Of a stretch of DNA of 64,000 nucleotides, positions 62,049 to 64,000 are shown one piece after another. Each line of letters starts with the position of its first letter. Within the stretch, counting starts at the first letter, position 1. The DNA comes from Protoeuglena noctilucae. Taxonomy: Eukaryota. The stretch covers positions 2,046,001-2,110,000 of the forward strand of contig OY253668.1 in NCBI GenBank assembly GCA_958009085.1, in the 5' to 3' direction. Position numbers and translations under genes: made by a program. The notes below the pieces were generated by a model, which was not told the DNA's origin, did not search any database, and worked only from the letters and a program-made list of their open reading frames with translations.

Positions 62049-63934
62049 ATGTCCGGCGGGCACTGCGACGCGACAGCGGCGCCATGGTTTGAGTGCTGCG
62101 ACCCGCAGACCTCGCGCGAGACGAGGCCCGCGACGGAGCGAGCGCGCACGAGTCCGGCACCCTCGATACCTCAGACATGCTGCAGGCGAGCTGCTTAGCG
62201 GCATTCCGAGGCGGGACGCAGGCGGCTGGAGCTGGGCTGTGCTCCCGCTAGGGCACAGCGCACCTATGACGGCGAGCGCGGATCTTGGGGCGCGCAGGAC
62301 CCACCGCTGCGCTCGGAGGATACTGTCGGGGGTGGTGGACCCAGCGACGTGAGGGCTGCTGCTCGGAACAGAGGTGAGGTGCAGCGTGCTGTGCAGCGGT
62401 GGTTGGAAGTGCCGCCCGGCCCGCGACTTCACCCGACGCTGCTCCCGGCTTTGCTTGCAGGCATCCCACCGTGGGATGCGTTGCCGCAGGACCTGCAGCG
62501 GGAAATCTTGGACATGCTGCCGAGCCGGCATGCATGCGTGGTGCGGGCGGTGCGCAAGGACTGGTGTGAGATGGTCGACGAGTTGTGGGCGGACCGCGAC
62601 GACGACGACGACGACGACTGGCCGGAGGAGCGGATAGACCAGCAGCAAATGGGCATGCAGACTGCGTGCGGCTGCTGCTGCAGAGTGGTGCCTGTCTAGA
62701 TGGGCCTCGTGGGATGGATGCAGCCTTGCAACTCGCTGCTCAGGGTGGGCATGCGGATGTCACCCGGCTGTTGCTCGAGGCAGGTGCTGATGCGAGTGGT
62801 GATGGGGGCAGCGATACAGCGCCATTGCAGGCAGCAGTAGGGGCAGGGCGCGGGAGCTGCGCGAAGCTGCTGGGAGCTTATGACGTGGATTTTGATGTTG
62901 CGCTGGGAGAAGAGGCCAGGGTGGCGGGGGTGCCGTGTTCTCATGGCAGTGGGCACGTCGCGTGCATCACACACTTGCTGGAGCATGGAGCAAGCTGCAG
63001 CCTGGAGATGGCGCAGGAGGTGTTGCGCATCGCAGCGTGCACTGGTCATGGCGAGCTTGTGCGCCTCGCTTTGGAGCGGGGGGCTAGCGCGCAGGACAAA
63101 ATGGCATTGCTCCGCGCTGCTGCCGGTGGCCATGCAGCGTGCCTGGGGCTGCTGCTGTCGCTGGGCTGTGACCCGGATGCGCGCGACGGGGTCGGGAGGA
63201 CTGCGCTGCATCACGCAGCGCATGGAGGGCACGCAGAGTGCGCGAGCGTGCTGATCAACCACGGGGCGGATGTGCGAGCAGTGGACGGCGCTGGCGAGAC
63301 AGCGCTGCATCTGGCGGCAGAGGGAGGGCACGGGGCTTGCGTGAGGGTGCTGCTGGACGTGGGAGCGAGCCCGGCTGCCACTGCCGAGGACGGCGTCACG
63401 CCGCTGCAGCTGGCCGTCCGCTGCGGCTTTGCAGACTGCGTTCGGCTGATGATGCGAGTCGAGCGAGGGACATATGCGATGGTGGAAGGGATGCTGGCCA
63501 GGGCTGGCGCAGCGCAAGCGCACTACGAGAAATGCTGTGTGGTCCTTCGGAGGGAGGGGGCGCGCCACAGTTTCACGAGGAATAAGCTCGTTGCAGCAGC
63601 GAGACAGGGTCACGTGCGGTGTGCCAGGATGCTACTGGCTAACGGAGTACCATGGGGTTGGACGTCCCCTTATAACTGGTACCGTATGCCGCCGCTGCAC
63701 GTGGCGGCCTCTGAGGGGCACGCGCGGGTGGTCAGGATGCTGCTGAGCCGCGGTGCAGACTGGCAGAGGCACGATGGGAAGGGCAAGACTGCCCTGCAGG
63801 TCGCGAAGGGAGACGCGTGCCGAAAGCTGCTGCGAGAGCACCAGGCCAGAATGGAGGCCAAGGCTTCGAGTCGCCCGGCCACTGCGGCCATGCCTGGCCC
63901 CACCACCCGTGACGGCCAGCGCGGCCCTGCCTAG
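62049..63934 (+). CDS. F-box plus ankyrin-repeat protein with a frame break between the domains (possible pseudogene, cryptic intron or assembly error)
   Basis: F-box WDALPQDLQREILDMLPSRHACVVRAVRKDW in one frame; multiple ankyrin repeats (GRTALHHAAHGGHAECASVLINHGAD, GETALHLAAEGGH) in another frame, 62585-63934. Confidence 0.8.
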
Positions 63935-64000
63935 CCCCAGCCAGTGGCCCTGCTTGTCCCCTGCTTGTCCACAGCACTCATGCCAGCCAGCGCGGCCCTG

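Noticed and set aside
1..64000. Stop-codon reassignment (TAA/TAG read as Gln, as in some ulvophytes)
   Set aside because: TAG (kish, D-LDH), TAA (ACBP, YeeZ-like) and TGA (SAT, RPL4) all terminate proteins at the expected C-termini.
1..64000. Transposons, introner-type repeated introns, endogenous viral core genes, rRNA/tRNA
   Set aside because: I saw no transposase, RT, integrase or capsid motifs, no terminal repeats, no shared sequence family among introns and no structured RNA gene by eye; short elements could be missed.

Overview
Gene-dense, GC-rich nuclear DNA from an intron-containing eukaryote, most likely a flagellated green alga. The window has nuclear-encoded plastid proteins (RPL4, PRDA1-like, DUF3119, CGEP, BASS4-like) and flagellar genes (CCDC39, SPAG6/PF16-like). 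About 28 spliced protein-coding genes can be read, all in the standard genetic code, and there is one 200-N assembly gap (31908-32107). I saw no rRNA, tRNA, CRISPR array or transposon. Gene models and family calls were assembled by eye from exon translations and remembered family motifs, so some 5' ends are uncertain. Highlights: (1) GC-AG introns are pervasive, with at least 13 placed at junctions that restore recognisable protein sequence; (2) a candidate bicistronic kish-to-Nnf1/PMF1 pair has only a 70-nt spacer, and several other same-strand pairs are very tight; (3) an HeH/LEM-like plus C-terminal TM (emerin/LAP2-like) gene lies head-to-head with Nup85; (4) three introns of the CGEP gene contain copies of their own exon-intron junctions; (5) a secreted orphan protein carries Cys-bracketed and SQVN repeats; (6) tandem BASS4 paralogues share a 139-nt identical patch; (7) an F-box-ankyrin gene has a frame break.
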